A stretch of DNA of 63,447 bases, counting the filler, from Lenisia limosa (lineage: Eukaryota; Protista; Breviatea), in NCBI GenBank assembly GCA_001655205.1. It is 17 parts of 17 records of this genome, joined end to end, with 100 filler letters (N's around TTAATTAATTAA, not from the genome) between each part and the next. Parts side by side here need not be neighbours in the genome. Positions count along the whole stretch, not along the records: positions 10,320 to 15,250 come from LPNZ01006384.1; positions 15,351 to 18,425 come from LPNZ01007059.1; positions 18,526 to 20,471 come from LPNZ01009190.1; positions 20,572 to 22,981 come from LPNZ01001694.1; positions 23,082 to 34,531 come from LPNZ01010458.1; 12 more parts are not named here. One strand, given 5' to 3'. Below, in pieces: positions 11,092 to 23,483 of this stretch; within the stretch, counting starts at the first letter, position 1, and each line of letters begins with the position of its first letter. The notes beneath the pieces are model-generated. The model ran no database searches. It saw only the letters and a program-made list of their open reading frames with translations, and was not told the origin of the DNA. A program made the position numbers and the translations under genes.

Positions 11092-14000
11092 ACGCTCCTT
11101 CAAAACGCCCTTCACCTTGCAATGACCATCCTGTCGATCCACTCGCCTCCATACGCTGTCAAACCCGCCGTCAAGGCCTTTAAGCTGCTCAAAGACGTAC
11201 TCACTACAAAACTCTACTATGAGGATTCCACTGCTACTTGTGGGAACTTGGGGGGTAAAATGGAACTGACGGTTCTTGAAAAGAAGCCCACAAAGGGGGG
11301 ATAAGGAGGCTAAGAAGGGAGCCGAAGAAAAGAAAGATATAACAATGCGTGGTAAAGAAAATGAAAATTTTAAGAAGCAAAAAGCCCAAAACACAGGGAG
11401 GAAGGGGTAAAAAAACGAAAGGTACTAAAAACAGCAAATGCAGTACCAAAAGTAAAGATAAGAGTATCAGAATTTCAATTAGCCGTAACTGTTTGATCGT
11501 TGTGTTTGCACAGGGTAATATTACGATTTGATTTTTTTTTTATGTTACCCTTCCGCCGTTGTTAGCTCGTGTTTGTTAATTTTTGTGTTAGGAGTTTCAG
11601 ATTTTTCGGTATAATTAGTACCTTTACGCCAATATTCTTCATCGAAATTTCCTTGGTTTCACTCCTCCCTCCCTTAGTGAGGGGACAGACANNNNNNNNN
11701 NNNNNNNNNNNNNNNNNNNNNNNNNNNNNNNNNNNNNNNNNNNNNNNNNNNNNNNNNNNNNNNNNNNNNNNNNNNNNNNNNNNNNNNNNNNNNNNNNNNN
11801 NNNNNNNNNNNNNNNNNNNNNNNNNNNNNNNNNNNNTCAACCCACCCACGTTTTTTTGAAAAAATAGTATTTTCCAATTTTATCCCTTCTTCCCAGGGAC
11901 CTACTTAACCTCTCCTTCCCCAGGTACCTCCCCATAACGCCGTCCGAGATTGAACTGCTCATGTCGGACCCCGAGCACTTTTTGGAACTCATAGATCAGG
12001 GAGATCATCGCTACGATATTAGAGTGCGTGCTCTCATTTTAATAGTTTTTTTTTGATTATTAGTTTCTCCCTTTTCCCGCTGTCTTATTTTCACTTCTTG
12101 TTTTTTTCTTTTTCTCTCACCCCCCCCCCTGCAGCTTGCAGCAGAGACCTTTTTGGTTTCCCTCTTTGATGAACGGCCAAGCGTGGGGCTTGGCGTTCTC
12201 ATGTCGCACGTCTCCAACCTCAATCCTTGTATGCTGTGGTGGAGGTATTATTAGGACTTTCCTATGGTCCCAAAAAAGACCGAATCTCCCGATAATTCCC
12301 CAATAAATATCGTTTGTTTCAGACCGCCGCAGGAAAGCCCAAGGTATTACCTATACATATCAAAACCTCTCTATTGGTGGGGGTTGTAGGATGAGAATAG
12401 AGGTTGTGATGAAAGAAAGCCTTGTAGAACTGGGGGGGTATGAATTTGTTTTGTACACTCGGGCAGAGAAGTAAAACGGAACACAAGTGAGACTCTGGAC
12501 AATAAAGCTTCAAACGCCGTCAATGGCTTGGGCTTTGTTGTATTGTTTTTAGCCCCGTGTGTTTCTTGCCAACATTTTTACTTTTGGTTTTTTTTTTTGT
12601 TTCTTATAATTCACCGTAGTTTACTCCCCATCAATAAAACCATCACCAATGACACTTGTTACATTAGTTACATTAGTAACACTGCAGCTCCCTCTAACGA
12701 CATGGCCACCCTTGGCTACCAGTCGGCTATCCTCAGTGCCCTCTCCCATGCCTATTATCAACTCAAACACTGCGAGGTTGCTTCAGTAAGCTTGCTAATC
12801 GTGGTTGTGCTATTTGCATTCTTGCTTGTTTTGTTATTTTAACTACCTTTTACTAGGTAACATTCTAATTATCATTTACGAGTTGACAATCCTTTTGATA
12901 ATCTTTGTCCCAGATCTGTGAAACTCTCATATCTTCAGATCCAGATCAACGTGCTCCAAATCATCAACGGAGTAGAGTCCTACCTTCTTCCCAATATGTA
13001 AGCAAATCATTGAGTCTTTTTGTTTTATCAAAAATTTATCGAGAACTAGTTTATACTCTCTTTGTGTTGTGTTTATCATGTAATTCTAGCCTTCTATCCT
13101 GACCACTTTCAGCCACCCAGTCCTCCAATACTTCGCAATTTCTGTCATCCGCAGGTGGTCCGAAGGGCTTGATAAGTGGGAAAGGAGGGGTATTGGAGAC
13201 GTGTGAGGGATTTATGTTGGGGAGGGATAGCTAATGTGGAATGGGTGTATAGATTGGTCTATTTGGGGGGTGTATAAATATACCTTAGGGTATTTTGAAC
13301 ACGATTTAATTTACCAGCACTAACCATTTATGAGTACTGATAAACAATTATTTTGTTTTAATACTCTCAATACTACTGTACATTGAGTGCAATTTATATA
13401 TTATTTTTTTTTACTATCCCAGAGCCTCGAGGAGTCGCATTACAGCAAGACTTGTGCAATTTGGCCTTGCCCATGATAGACATCTGGCTGTTAGGTAGGC
13501 GGCTAGCTTGCAATCTTTAACTCTTGGTATAATATGGGGAGGCACGCAGAAAGCTGTGTACATTGTTGCAAGGCAAATGATTGGGTGAAGTGTTATTTCA
13601 CTACAATCCAATACCTCTTATAAGTTGACGGTTTCGACCAGATACAACCTTATTTTACATTTCTCATCTCTGTCTCAATATATAATAACCCATTAGGAAT
13701 GCCTCAGCTCAAGCGTTGACTGATATCGCTGACACGTTCGAATTTGAAGATGTCTGGGGGTAGCGTATACCCCAGGTTTTGTTTAATATTTTCTTGCTGT
13801 CAAATGTCATTGTTTTATAACTCTTATTATTTTTTGGGGATTAATTGATATATGTCATTCTCATGGTAATGAAGTAACCATTGTTTATTTGTGTTTAACA
13901 ACGCATACGTATTGTACCTGAAGAATCTCAATTATTAAGACTAATGCTTTGTTAGTCTTCACCTTACACCTTGGACGGACACATATACGTGTCTCAATAT

Positions 14001-15250
14001 GATTGAACCTTGTGTTTTTCTATGCTCTTTGCTAAATGCAAGTCTTCATTTTACACCCCAGACGGATATCAGCGGCGTCTTTGGTGATTTCCTGGCCAAC
14101 ATCTTCAACCTGGTTGCCACGGTATGGGATTCTATATTCATAGCTAAAACCTGATATATACTGTACATCTCATCGATGTACACACTATGAAACTTGTGTA
14201 ATCCATGTCCAAATAGCTGCCTCCCCTCACATCGCACCCGTTAAATCAGTCGCAATTTATTCACAATTTAGTCGGACGCTTTGCCCGTCCAAGACAAGGC
14301 ACTTTCTTGCCTTAGTCTTCTTGTCGACAGGTGTAAGGCCCTGGTATGCAACGGTGGTGTATATTTTCAATTGATTTGTGAAACCTGAAAATAGTAGTTT
14401 TATCATAGGTGGAGGCACATGAGTGTGTGTTTTGTCTTTATTCTAACCTTCATTGCAACTTTGCAGAGTCTCCTAACACTCTACTCACATTCATTCCAAT
14501 TCTTGCAACATCCATACTACTCTATTGCTACTTGTAACATTTCAATTGTGAAGCGATTGGGTGAATTACTTAATTAAATATTATCTTACAAGTGTGATGG
14601 TGTTGATGGCTTCGGCCAGATAATCCCTTGTTTTATTTCTCTACATGTTCTCCAACGCTTCACTATTATTCTTCGAACTGCTCCTGGTTGTGTGACAGTT
14701 GAACACCAAGATTTGAATAAAAATGGCATTCAACAAGGCTTTACAGAACCTACGCATGAGCTGTGCCATCGAAGAGTGCTTACCACCCTTGAAATAGCTT
14801 ATGCGCGGAAAAGCCCTACACAACATAATGTACCTTCATCAAAACATCTCTCATTCTTTCCCAGATTCATTTATCTTCATGCATGCTTATGATACATTTT
14901 TCATGTATGTATGTATCCACCTTCATTGTTGCCTTGCAAATCCGCCTCCCGTCCTTCTACACACATATTAAATCTAAATCATCATTGTGGATCCGCCCCT
15001 TCCAGTTTAGCACCCACCTCCAAAACATACACCTAGGGCTTCACTTCGGTTCAAAAAGGACTGATAAAATATATACGTATATATATCGATATTTATCGAA
15101 GATTTACAGAGAAATTCTGTCCTTTTTTGAACCGTAGTGAAGCCCTACACATACCCATTGTAACACTGCAGATCCGGCCTGCCGCTATCCGAATTACAGA
15201 ACATCTCCCGGCCGCGTGGGTCAAGGCCAAGGACTCGCCGATGCTCCAAG
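11092..15250 (+). CDS. IPO11: Importin-11-like karyopherin beta, internal fragment (>=11 exons)
   Basis: Collinear exons YLPITPSEIELLMSDPEHF...HRYDIR / LAAETFLVSLFDE / DMATLGYQSAILSALSHAYYQL / LQYFAISVIRRW / FGLAHDRHLAVR / NASAQALTDIADTFEF / LSCLSLLVDR / IRPAAIRITEHLPAAWVKAKDSPMLQ follow the order and spacing of importin-11 HEAT repeats as recalled. Confidence 0.75.
15036..15145. mobile_element. MITE family A copy with internal TA expansion
   Basis: TA-GGGCTTCACTTCGGTTC...GAACCGTAGTGAAGCCC-TA. Confidence 0.85.
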
Positions 15251-15424
15251 NNNNNNNNNNNNNNNNNNNNNNNNNNNNNNNNNNNNNNNNNNNNTTAATT
15301 AATTAANNNNNNNNNNNNNNNNNNNNNNNNNNNNNNNNNNNNNNNNNNNNTCAGATAGCAAATTTATCCCGGTCACTGTATAATACTATATTGGCGTAAA
15401 GGTACCACTCAAGACTATGAATCA

Positions 15425-16520
15425 CCACGCACCAAAATAGATAGTCAGGGCAACGGTAATGCCCCCCGTGAACGCGTTCATATGGTCATGGTCATAGTCC
15501 TCGGACGAGTCAACCTGGTACGGGAGGTTGACGATTACGGACACCATCAAGAAGCAGAAGGCTACTAGAACGGACCTAAGAAGCCTGGGGGGGGGGGTAA
15601 AATTGGAAAATTTATGAAACANNNNNNNNNNNNNNNNNNNNNNNNNNNNNNNNNNNNNNNNNNNNNNNNNNNNNNNNNNNNNNNNNNNNNNNNNNNNNNN
15701 NNNNNNNNNNNNNNNNNNNNNNNNNNNNNNNNNNNNNNNNNNNNNNNNNNNNNNNNNNNNNNNNNNNNNNNNNNNNNNNNNNNNNNNNNNNNNNNNNNGC
15801 AGCAACCACCCAGGAATTTATTCGGATGTGGCGACTGACCTCGAAGACCAGCGGCGAGGCGAAAAATGACTCCTCGTCTTCTTTGGGTTGCTGTTTTGAT
15901 GAGTGTAAAATGGGAAACATCCCCTTCATCTGGCAAAGAAGAAGAACAAATCACACTCAAAAACACAACAAAAAAAAAAACAAGAAGGAACATCCTCAGT
16001 CAGAAGAACCACCCTACCTTAGCAAGAAGAAAGACATTTCTAATCGACTGATGCACAGAGAGCCTCCAAACACAAAGCAGGAAGACGATAATCAAGAACT
16101 GCATGGCTGGAGGCGTGAGGAGTTTTGGTAAGAAGGAAATTAAGATAAAAAATTATAGGGATAACTAGGGCTTCACTTCACAAAAACATTTCTCGATAAA
16201 TCCTCGAAAACTGTCGATATTTGACCAGTCTTTTTCGAACCGAAGTGAAGCCATTTTCATCCAATCATTTGCCTTCATCTCGATCTCACCCCCAAAACTC
16301 CAAACAGTGTTTTATTAAAGTCTCAATTGAAACTAGGATCCGGCGTTTGACAAAATACAAAGAAAAAAAACCCAAACATATCCCCCCCCCCCCCCNNNNN
16401 NNNNNNNNNNNNNNNNNNNNNNNNNNNNNNNNNNNNNNNNNNNNNNNAGCGCAAAGAAATGTCGCCACCATCGCCGGGATCATGAGACGTAGTGTGGTCG
16501 GCGACCGGACATCTGCGGAG
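15425..16520 (-). CDS. Multi-pass membrane protein fragment, family unassigned
   Basis: Spliced hydrophobic exons LRLMIPAMVATFLCA (~16447-16512), MQFLIIVFLLCVWRLSVHQSIRNVFLLAK (~16020-16108), MKGMFPILHSSKQQPKEDEESFFASPLVFE, and LLRSVLVAFCFLMVSVIVNLP...GGITVALTIYFG (15430-15584). Confidence 0.55.
16168..16252. mobile_element. MITE family A copy
   Basis: TA-GGGCTTCACTTC...GAACCGAAGTGAAGCC. Confidence 0.8.
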
Positions 16521-16544
16521 TAGATTCGGTTAGTGGTTGAGATT

Positions 16545-17020
16545 AGATTAGATTTGGTTATGATTGAAATAAATGTTGATCGTTTTTTGATTTTGAAATT
16601 GATTTTGATTGTCATTTAATTTGGTTATGGTTGAAACTGATTTTGATTGTTATTGACAATCGTTGAGTTTGGCTAGTCCAGTGTGGGTGGATTACATTTC
16701 GGTTTAGACGGAATTCAATTCAAATAGCCTCTCCGCCATCCCCTCCAATTTCCGAGATTCTGTCGTTTTTTGTTTGTTAATTTAAATGGCTGAAATGGGG
16801 TACTCGTTACAGTATGTTTACTATTCCCGATAATCCCCCCGAACTGGACTAATCAAACTCAACGATTTTCAAACTTTACCATAACCCATCAAAATCAGTT
16901 TCAACCACAACCATAACCAAATCAAAAAACGATCAAAATCAGTTTCAAGCATAACCAAATCAAATAACGATCAAAATCAATTTCAAACATAACTAACCAA
17001 ATCAAATAACGATCAAAATC
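16545..17020. mobile_element. Fold-back element with modular inverted arms
   Basis: The left arm (GATTTGGTTATG..TGAAACTGATTTTGAT..CGTTGAGTTTGGCTAGTCCAGT) is the reverse complement of the right arm (ACTGGACTAATCAAACTCAACG..ATCAAAATCAGTTTCAA..CATAACCAAATC). Arms are built of ~35-bp subrepeats. Confidence 0.7.
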
Positions 17021-18599
17021 TGAGGAAATAACCCTATGCCATCTATTTTATGTTTGGTTCCCCGCCTCCTATCAAAAACCAATGTCTTTCCGAAAATAAC
17101 ATCATTATTTCATCATAATCTGTTCAAATATTGGTTTTCAAGAGATTTGTTTTTTTAAAAAAAACACCCGAAAGCATCAATATCGTACAACACTAAAGGT
17201 GGAAAAATAGGGCAATAAGGCAAAAAGAATCGAGCACAGTTGCTTTAAGAGAATTAGAATTCTTAAATACTCAAAGAAAAGGAAGCTGGAGATTATGGTA
17301 TGTGTGGATCCGCGGCTTTGCATGTCTTGCTCCGAACCGAATAACAAGGGCCTTATCATATTTCACGCCATTCATGTCACTATTCTACTCTTCTTCTCCA
17401 GCCTACCGTTAAAGATGCGCGAAAGTTCCTGGAGAGACACTGGGTTTGGCTTCATCTTCTTTAGCTTGACGAGGAGGACATGAAACAGGTCAAAGTATAG
17501 CTTATTTTATCCAGATTTATCATATATATTCATTAAACAACATCATGTTAAAATTAACACTACCAGCACAGTTCGCAGCAGCTCGATGCACAGTGCAAGC
17601 GTAAAATCCTGGACCAGGGTTAATACCTATAAATTCAATTGGCGCCATCCGCCCATTGCTCTCTATGACATCATTGGTGGGGTTAATTGATTCGAATGAA
17701 ATGTTGTAATAACAAGAAAAACGTTGGCAGATGCTCAGATAGCGTTCTTTCCGTCTTTGAAATGTCCCAAAAGCTATGTGGATGGCTTCTTCCACGTTGT
17801 TAATCCTCGAAAAACCAACGCCGCATCCCAAGCGAATCACGAGACAGGGTCAAGCTCAACATGGTGCCAAGGTTTGGGTCGTCCGTCACCTTCTTTTTGG
17901 AAACTGAATCCCTGTTCTTTATCTCAGTGGCGAATTCAACTCTCTGAATTCAATTTTGTTGGCTTCTATCCATTACCCTATTATAAGTCGTATCTTGTCG
18001 TCAACCGTCAACCGCTTTTGGTAGTGCCGCTGGAAGCTGTTTGCACTGTAAAGATGATTAGGAGGAATCTCATTATATTCTTATTCAATATTTCTTCCAA
18101 GTGTGCACAGCTTCTTCGTGGTACTCTTTTGCGTTTCTTTTTTAAATAAGTTCGCTTGACGTTTATCCCCTCTTTCCTTGGACTATCATTTAGAATTGGG
18201 CTTCTTTTCGGGTTCAAATCCGATAAAACCACAATAAACCATTGATAATCGGAAATTACTTTCTCAATTCATCACACGAAGTCCTAATCAAGTTTCTTCT
18301 GGCAAAACCCTCGTTATTACGGTTATGCATGTCCGAAAAGGACCGGTGAAATATCGATATTTATCGAGGATATAGAGAGTCTTTTGGGACCGTAGGGAAG
18401 CCTTAGTTTGTAACAGCGTTTGTTANNNNNNNNNNNNNNNNNNNNNNNNNNNNNNNNNNNNNNNNNNNNTTAATTAATTAANNNNNNNNNNNNNNNNNNN
18501 NNNNNNNNNNNNNNNNNNNNNNNNNCACTTCAGAGTTCGAGAGGAATATCATCGTTGTTCCCCACACACAGTCATCCTTGGTCATAACCCCCCCTCACA

Positions 18600-19845
18600 G
18601 TCATCCTTGGTTAGTCTGAGTCCTTCAGCATTGCGGCGGTCGATCATTAGAAGTTCCGTTGGCACTACCGCACTGATCCCAGCTGATCTGGGGGTGTTAT
18701 ATGACTAGTTTATGAAACAAAAACGGAGGCGTAGCATGATGATCCAATACCCATCTGCGTATGCGGTAACAGCAATTATATTATTCGTTTGAAATGTGGA
18801 AAATATAACCGTACCCCCCCCCCCCNNNNNNNNNNNNNNNNNNNNNNNNNNNNNNNNNNNNNNNNNNNNNNNNNNNNNNNNNNNNNNNNNNNNNNNNNNN
18901 NNNTCCCAGTTTCAAGAACTCTGATGCCGTACTTGGTCATTCCCGTAAAGTTGTCCGTAATATTAACCTGGATATAGTAAAACTAGAAGCTAGATTGTTA
19001 GAATGTTGACCTGGCAAAAAGAAAATATCAGGGTTAAACTATATCTTGGGGAGAGGGGGGGAAAACTAATCCAATTGAAATGGTGAAAGCGAAATTGTCA
19101 GCATTTATGATCGCATGGTAGAAATGTCAGAGCGACTCATCAATGAAAGTGACCAGCAGTTTTATCAAATATGTATCACAACAAGTGCTTCACTTCGGTC
19201 CAAAAAAGACTGATAAAATAGCAGTTTACATTTCATTTACATCAACGATTTATTGAGAAATTTCGTATTTTTTCAAGGAAGTAAATATCTCACCACAACA
19301 CCGTACCTGGACTGCCCCCTCGTAAATCATGTACCAAGCCGTCCCCTCATCGCCTTGATTGAATACCTGCAAGTTTGGTAAGTATTAAAAACATGGATAC
19401 ACTTATGATAAGTGCTAAATAGTGATACTTATTACTAGTCAAGAATGTTTACGTTTGTGAGAAAAGCTCTGCACCGAACTCGAACTCACGATTTCTCCTG
19501 GTTGAAAAGAGATAATTTCTGTGAGGCGAGCAATTTCTCGTCTTTTGCTTGTTGGCAATTTCCTAGGGTTTTGAGAGGAATAAAAAAAATGCTGAAATGG
19601 GAGTGGAAAATTGTTTCGATAGAAAAAAAGTTGTCTGGCTGAAGCCGTCATCACGCATATTTGTTACTCAAGTTAGTATAGCGTAACCTTGTTAGTGAAA
19701 AATAACGTAAATAATATGTAGAAATGAGAAAATTAAATAAAAATAGGAACCATATGGTTTGGAAAGCCACTCGTACTTGAAGTCGTGCAGGGACACCAAA
19801 TGGTTGACCAAAAAGTCAATTTCTCGGTCAGTTCTTCGCCAGGGC
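18600..19845 (-). CDS. Cyclic-nucleotide-binding (CNB) domain protein, partial
   Basis: In-frame spliced exons PWRRTDREIDFLVNHLVSLHDF / KLPTSKRREIARLTEIISFQPGEI / VFNQGDEGTAWYMIYEGAVQ / VNITDNFTGMTKYGIRVLETG... / SAVVPTELLMIDRR give a canonical cNMP-binding fold. Confidence 0.88.
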
Positions 19846-20754
19846 CTGATGGGGGGGGGGGGGGGGNNNNNNNNNNNNNNNNNNNNNNNNNNNNNNNNNN
19901 NNNNNNNNNNNNNNNNNNNNNNNNNNNNNNNNNNNNNNNNNNNNNNNNNNNNNNNNNNNATTAGTCACCAACTTAACACTGAGAAAAACACATCAACAAA
20001 TCCCGAACCAGCCTTTGAAGAGAAAAAATATATACATAGTATATAAAAAAAACATTAGGGATCAATGGAGCCCATTCTATTTCTGACAAAAGGTAGACTT
20101 AGAGTCAGAGGCAATTATGAAGGATGTAGGAAGGATTTAGTCCGAGGTTAGAGGTAATTATGAAGGATGTAGTCCGAGGTGTGGCAATTATGAAGGATGT
20201 AGTCCAAGGATATTCATTGTTTTTAGGCTCTTCTCTCTCACTTTGGGACTTTAATTGCTCCTTCCAAACACTCTATTGAAAACCAGCAGGACTTCAAGGT
20301 TTGTCTTTGTTTTTACTGTTATATGCCGTGGCTTTTGGACTTTAGTATGCCCCATTGAAGCTGACTGCCTGTATTATGTCCAATAAACGCTTACTCTTTC
20401 AGTGATGTATTCTATAAGTTTATTTTTAAATACCAGTGATAACTTTCTGGATTGGCACTCTGCAAAAGGGGNNNNNNNNNNNNNNNNNNNNNNNNNNNNN
20501 NNNNNNNNNNNNNNNTTAATTAATTAANNNNNNNNNNNNNNNNNNNNNNNNNNNNNNNNNNNNNNNNNNNNGCCCAGGCCAGTCGCTCTGCAGCACCGCA
20601 TCACATCAGGGGGGGCGGTGTGTGGGTATAATGGGGTTCATCTCCAATTATCAATACCTCCCAATTTCTCTCTCCCCATTATTAACCCATTATCCATATT
20701 TTCCATGTAGTATTATATATACCCTTAGTATACCGCCCCCCCTCCCCCACTGAA

Positions 20755-22693
20755 GCCGGGCTACTAGGGGTGAGGTTGCCGGATAGTTCGTCCATAGTTG
20801 GGTCGGACACCAGAGCTGAAATGTGGGGGGAAAAGATGATGAAAGGAAAAAGAGAAAATGAAGAAAAAAGAATAAAAAAAAGCAAGAGAGCAGAAAAGAA
20901 GATGAGAAGGGTCTCAGCCTACATTTATTGGTGACTGAAGACTCAACAGCCAAAAGAAGGGAATAGTCCATGAGACCCTCACGCTCCAGAAACTACATCG
21001 TTAGGGAGAAGGGGGGGGATACAGTGAACGGATAAGTCTTGTCCTATTTTCCTTGGGAAATCTTATAGCAAATCAGTCAAGACTTATCCTGGTCACTGTA
21101 TATATAGATATACGTCCTAATAATACCCCTTAACCATTGCGTCATGCGTTGCAGCAGCAAAAATGGCGTGTTTGACTTGCGGCGGAACCACTATCTTCTG
21201 TCCGTCAGCCCTGGGGGGGTGGGGTAAGAGAAAAATAATGTATTCTATGGGACTTTCATTCTATTTTTGAAAACCCAAACTCCTCCCCTCCCGCACCTAC
21301 GTGACCGGGATAAGTCTTGTCCGATTTTCCATTGGAAATCACACAACAAATCGGTCAAGACTTATCCCGGTCACTGTAAGTAATCCAGTCCACCCCGTAC
21401 CTGAACTCGTAATCCAGTCGGGTGTGAAGGCCTCGAGTCACAGCACTTCGGTCGCATCCCTGGGGGTGAAAATTGAAGGGGTGGGTGGGGGGAGTGAAAA
21501 CGAAGAAAGCGCGCATGAATAGAAATAATCTACACCGAGGGGGACTAGAATTTAGGCAATAAGGCCACCTCATACAGCCCCCCCCCCCCNNNNNNNNNNN
21601 NNNNNNNNNNNNNNNNNNNNNNNNNNNTCTCTCAACTTGGGCTTCACTTTAGGTTCCAAAAGACGGGTAAAATATCAAAATTCATTGAGGAAATATCGAG
21701 AATTCAGTCTGCTTATTTGGAACCAAAATACTCTCTCACCCCACCTTGAGATCATAAACAGTCCATGCCGGGATGGGGTTGGCGGCGTATTGTCGGTCTG
21801 AGAACGAGTCCGCCATGGTCACAAAGTGGATGGCCTTCCCGGTTGACGGTACCACTTCTGATGGGAGTTAAATCATGAAGGGCGTCAGTCATGATGGAAG
21901 TTAAATCATCTTAAATTAAAGTATCATACATGACTATCAAAGAGGGGGTCAAATCATGCCCTGATGAAAAGCAAGACTTTTAGGCTTGTATAAACGCCTG
22001 AACAGACCCAGTCCTTACGGTATAAGCCGAGAATGGGGGTGATCAAAGAGCGTTTTCCGCACGTGAGATGGTCGGCCAGTCTGTTGTATGAAAAGAGTGG
22101 AAAATGTAATGATAAAAAAAATAGTGCAAGTACAATCAAGAAATTCGAATTTGGGAGGATATTTGTGCGATTATTCAGTTAAAGCCAACGCACATATGAG
22201 GTGAGTGTTTTTCCCATCAGACAAATTGATCAAGTCTTATCACACAGTGACGTACCTGGGGGCTAGTTCGGCCAAAAGCTCAGCCTCGGTTTGTGAGACG
22301 GTTTTGACAAGAACTCTGTTATCGTGCACGCATCTGGAGGCATCAGAACAAATCTCTTCGGCAGATGTATCGGAAATGCGATTGAAGAGTAAAACAGAAT
22401 ATGAGAAATAAATGCGATTCAAAAATGGTGTATTGGGCAAAACCGGGTTTCAATCTTCAGTGTTCTTTTTTTTTTATTTCTCTATACTCCAGGTAATATT
22501 GATTTTTATCGAGAATTGATTGAAATTTCCGTTGGAAACGAAGTGACTCCCCAATCTTCCCTCTCACCTGTAGAACTGGGAACTGCTTCTTCCTTGCCTC
22601 CCAAGAGCCTTGATAGGGGGAGGCGGCAGAGACACAAACGTCGGCATTTGGTTTGACGACACGGAGTTTGAAGTTGGCCGGTTTAACAGGCAT
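20755..22693 (-). CDS. Phosphatidylinositol-phosphate kinase (PIP5K family) domain protein, partial
   Basis: Spliced GRQGRSSSQFYR/CVHDNRVLVKTVSQTEAELLAELAPR/LADHLTCGKRSLITPILGLY/QVVPSTGKAIHFVTMADSF, then GCDRS...LDYEF and KIVVPPQVKHAIFAAATHDA. This matches PIPK motifs GxSGSxF, IIKT, GLY and VMxN. Confidence 0.75.
21022..21098. mobile_element. MITE family B (Tc1-type CAGTG termini, TA flanks)
   Basis: TA-CAGTGAACGGATAAGTC...GACTTATCCTGGTCACTG-TA. Confidence 0.85.
21300..21376. mobile_element. MITE family B copy
   Basis: GTGACCGGGATAAGTCTTG...CAAGACTTATCCCGGTCACTG-TA, a near-perfect inverted repeat. Confidence 0.85.
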
Positions 22694-23483
22694 GGCAGTG
22701 GGGGTGTGGATGACGCTATATTGTTAGGGTGTGGGGGGGACGTATAGTATATATAGTATATATAGTATATATAATATATATACTATATACCGGTATATGA
22801 TATACTATACATTAATCTGATCTGAAACTGATCTGAACCCGATGTGCAGAATCCCGGTCTGCAGCCCCTTGTATTTACACAGAATCCGATACCCCACAAG
22901 AAGGCATGAACCCCATTGTGGAGTGAAACGACGATGAGTGGTTCCGAACTGAACTAGTTGGTGTGGGAAAAGATCCGAGGGNNNNNNNNNNNNNNNNNNN
23001 NNNNNNNNNNNNNNNNNNNNNNNNNTTAATTAATTAANNNNNNNNNNNNNNNNNNNNNNNNNNNNNNNNNNNNNNNNNNNNAAAAGACTGAAACCACCAG
23101 AAGGAGTATCAAGAACACCATTTTGCTCTTTTGCGATATGACTATGATCTTCCCTCCACAACCGCCTGCTGTGACTTCTGTTTGTGTTGTCCGTGATCTG
23201 TCCGTGATAGATAGCAGTGCGGAAAATAAAGAAAAAAAATCACATTTTCTGTAACTAATGTAAAGGAAAATTGGGCTTTTGGATAGTGTGTTCATTTCGT
23301 CAAAGACAAAAAGCTCGGTTGCTGCCGAATCTTCTTCCAGTTTGCCTTTTAATAGTTTTATATGTTTGGCCAATTTTATACCATGAACACAACTGTATTA
23401 AAATATTAACACTAATAAATACACCGTAACCATAACGGGGAGATGGACTTAACCTGCTCCCAGTCAAAGTACCATAATCATAA

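Noticed and set aside
11056-11394. 112-aa minus-strand ORF
   Set aside because: Overlaps a plus-strand exon with good splice sites belonging to the importin gene.
22860-22981. Possible snoRNA-like sequence
   Set aside because: No convincing paired C/D boxes or terminal stem; it could be an upstream exon of the PIP-kinase gene.
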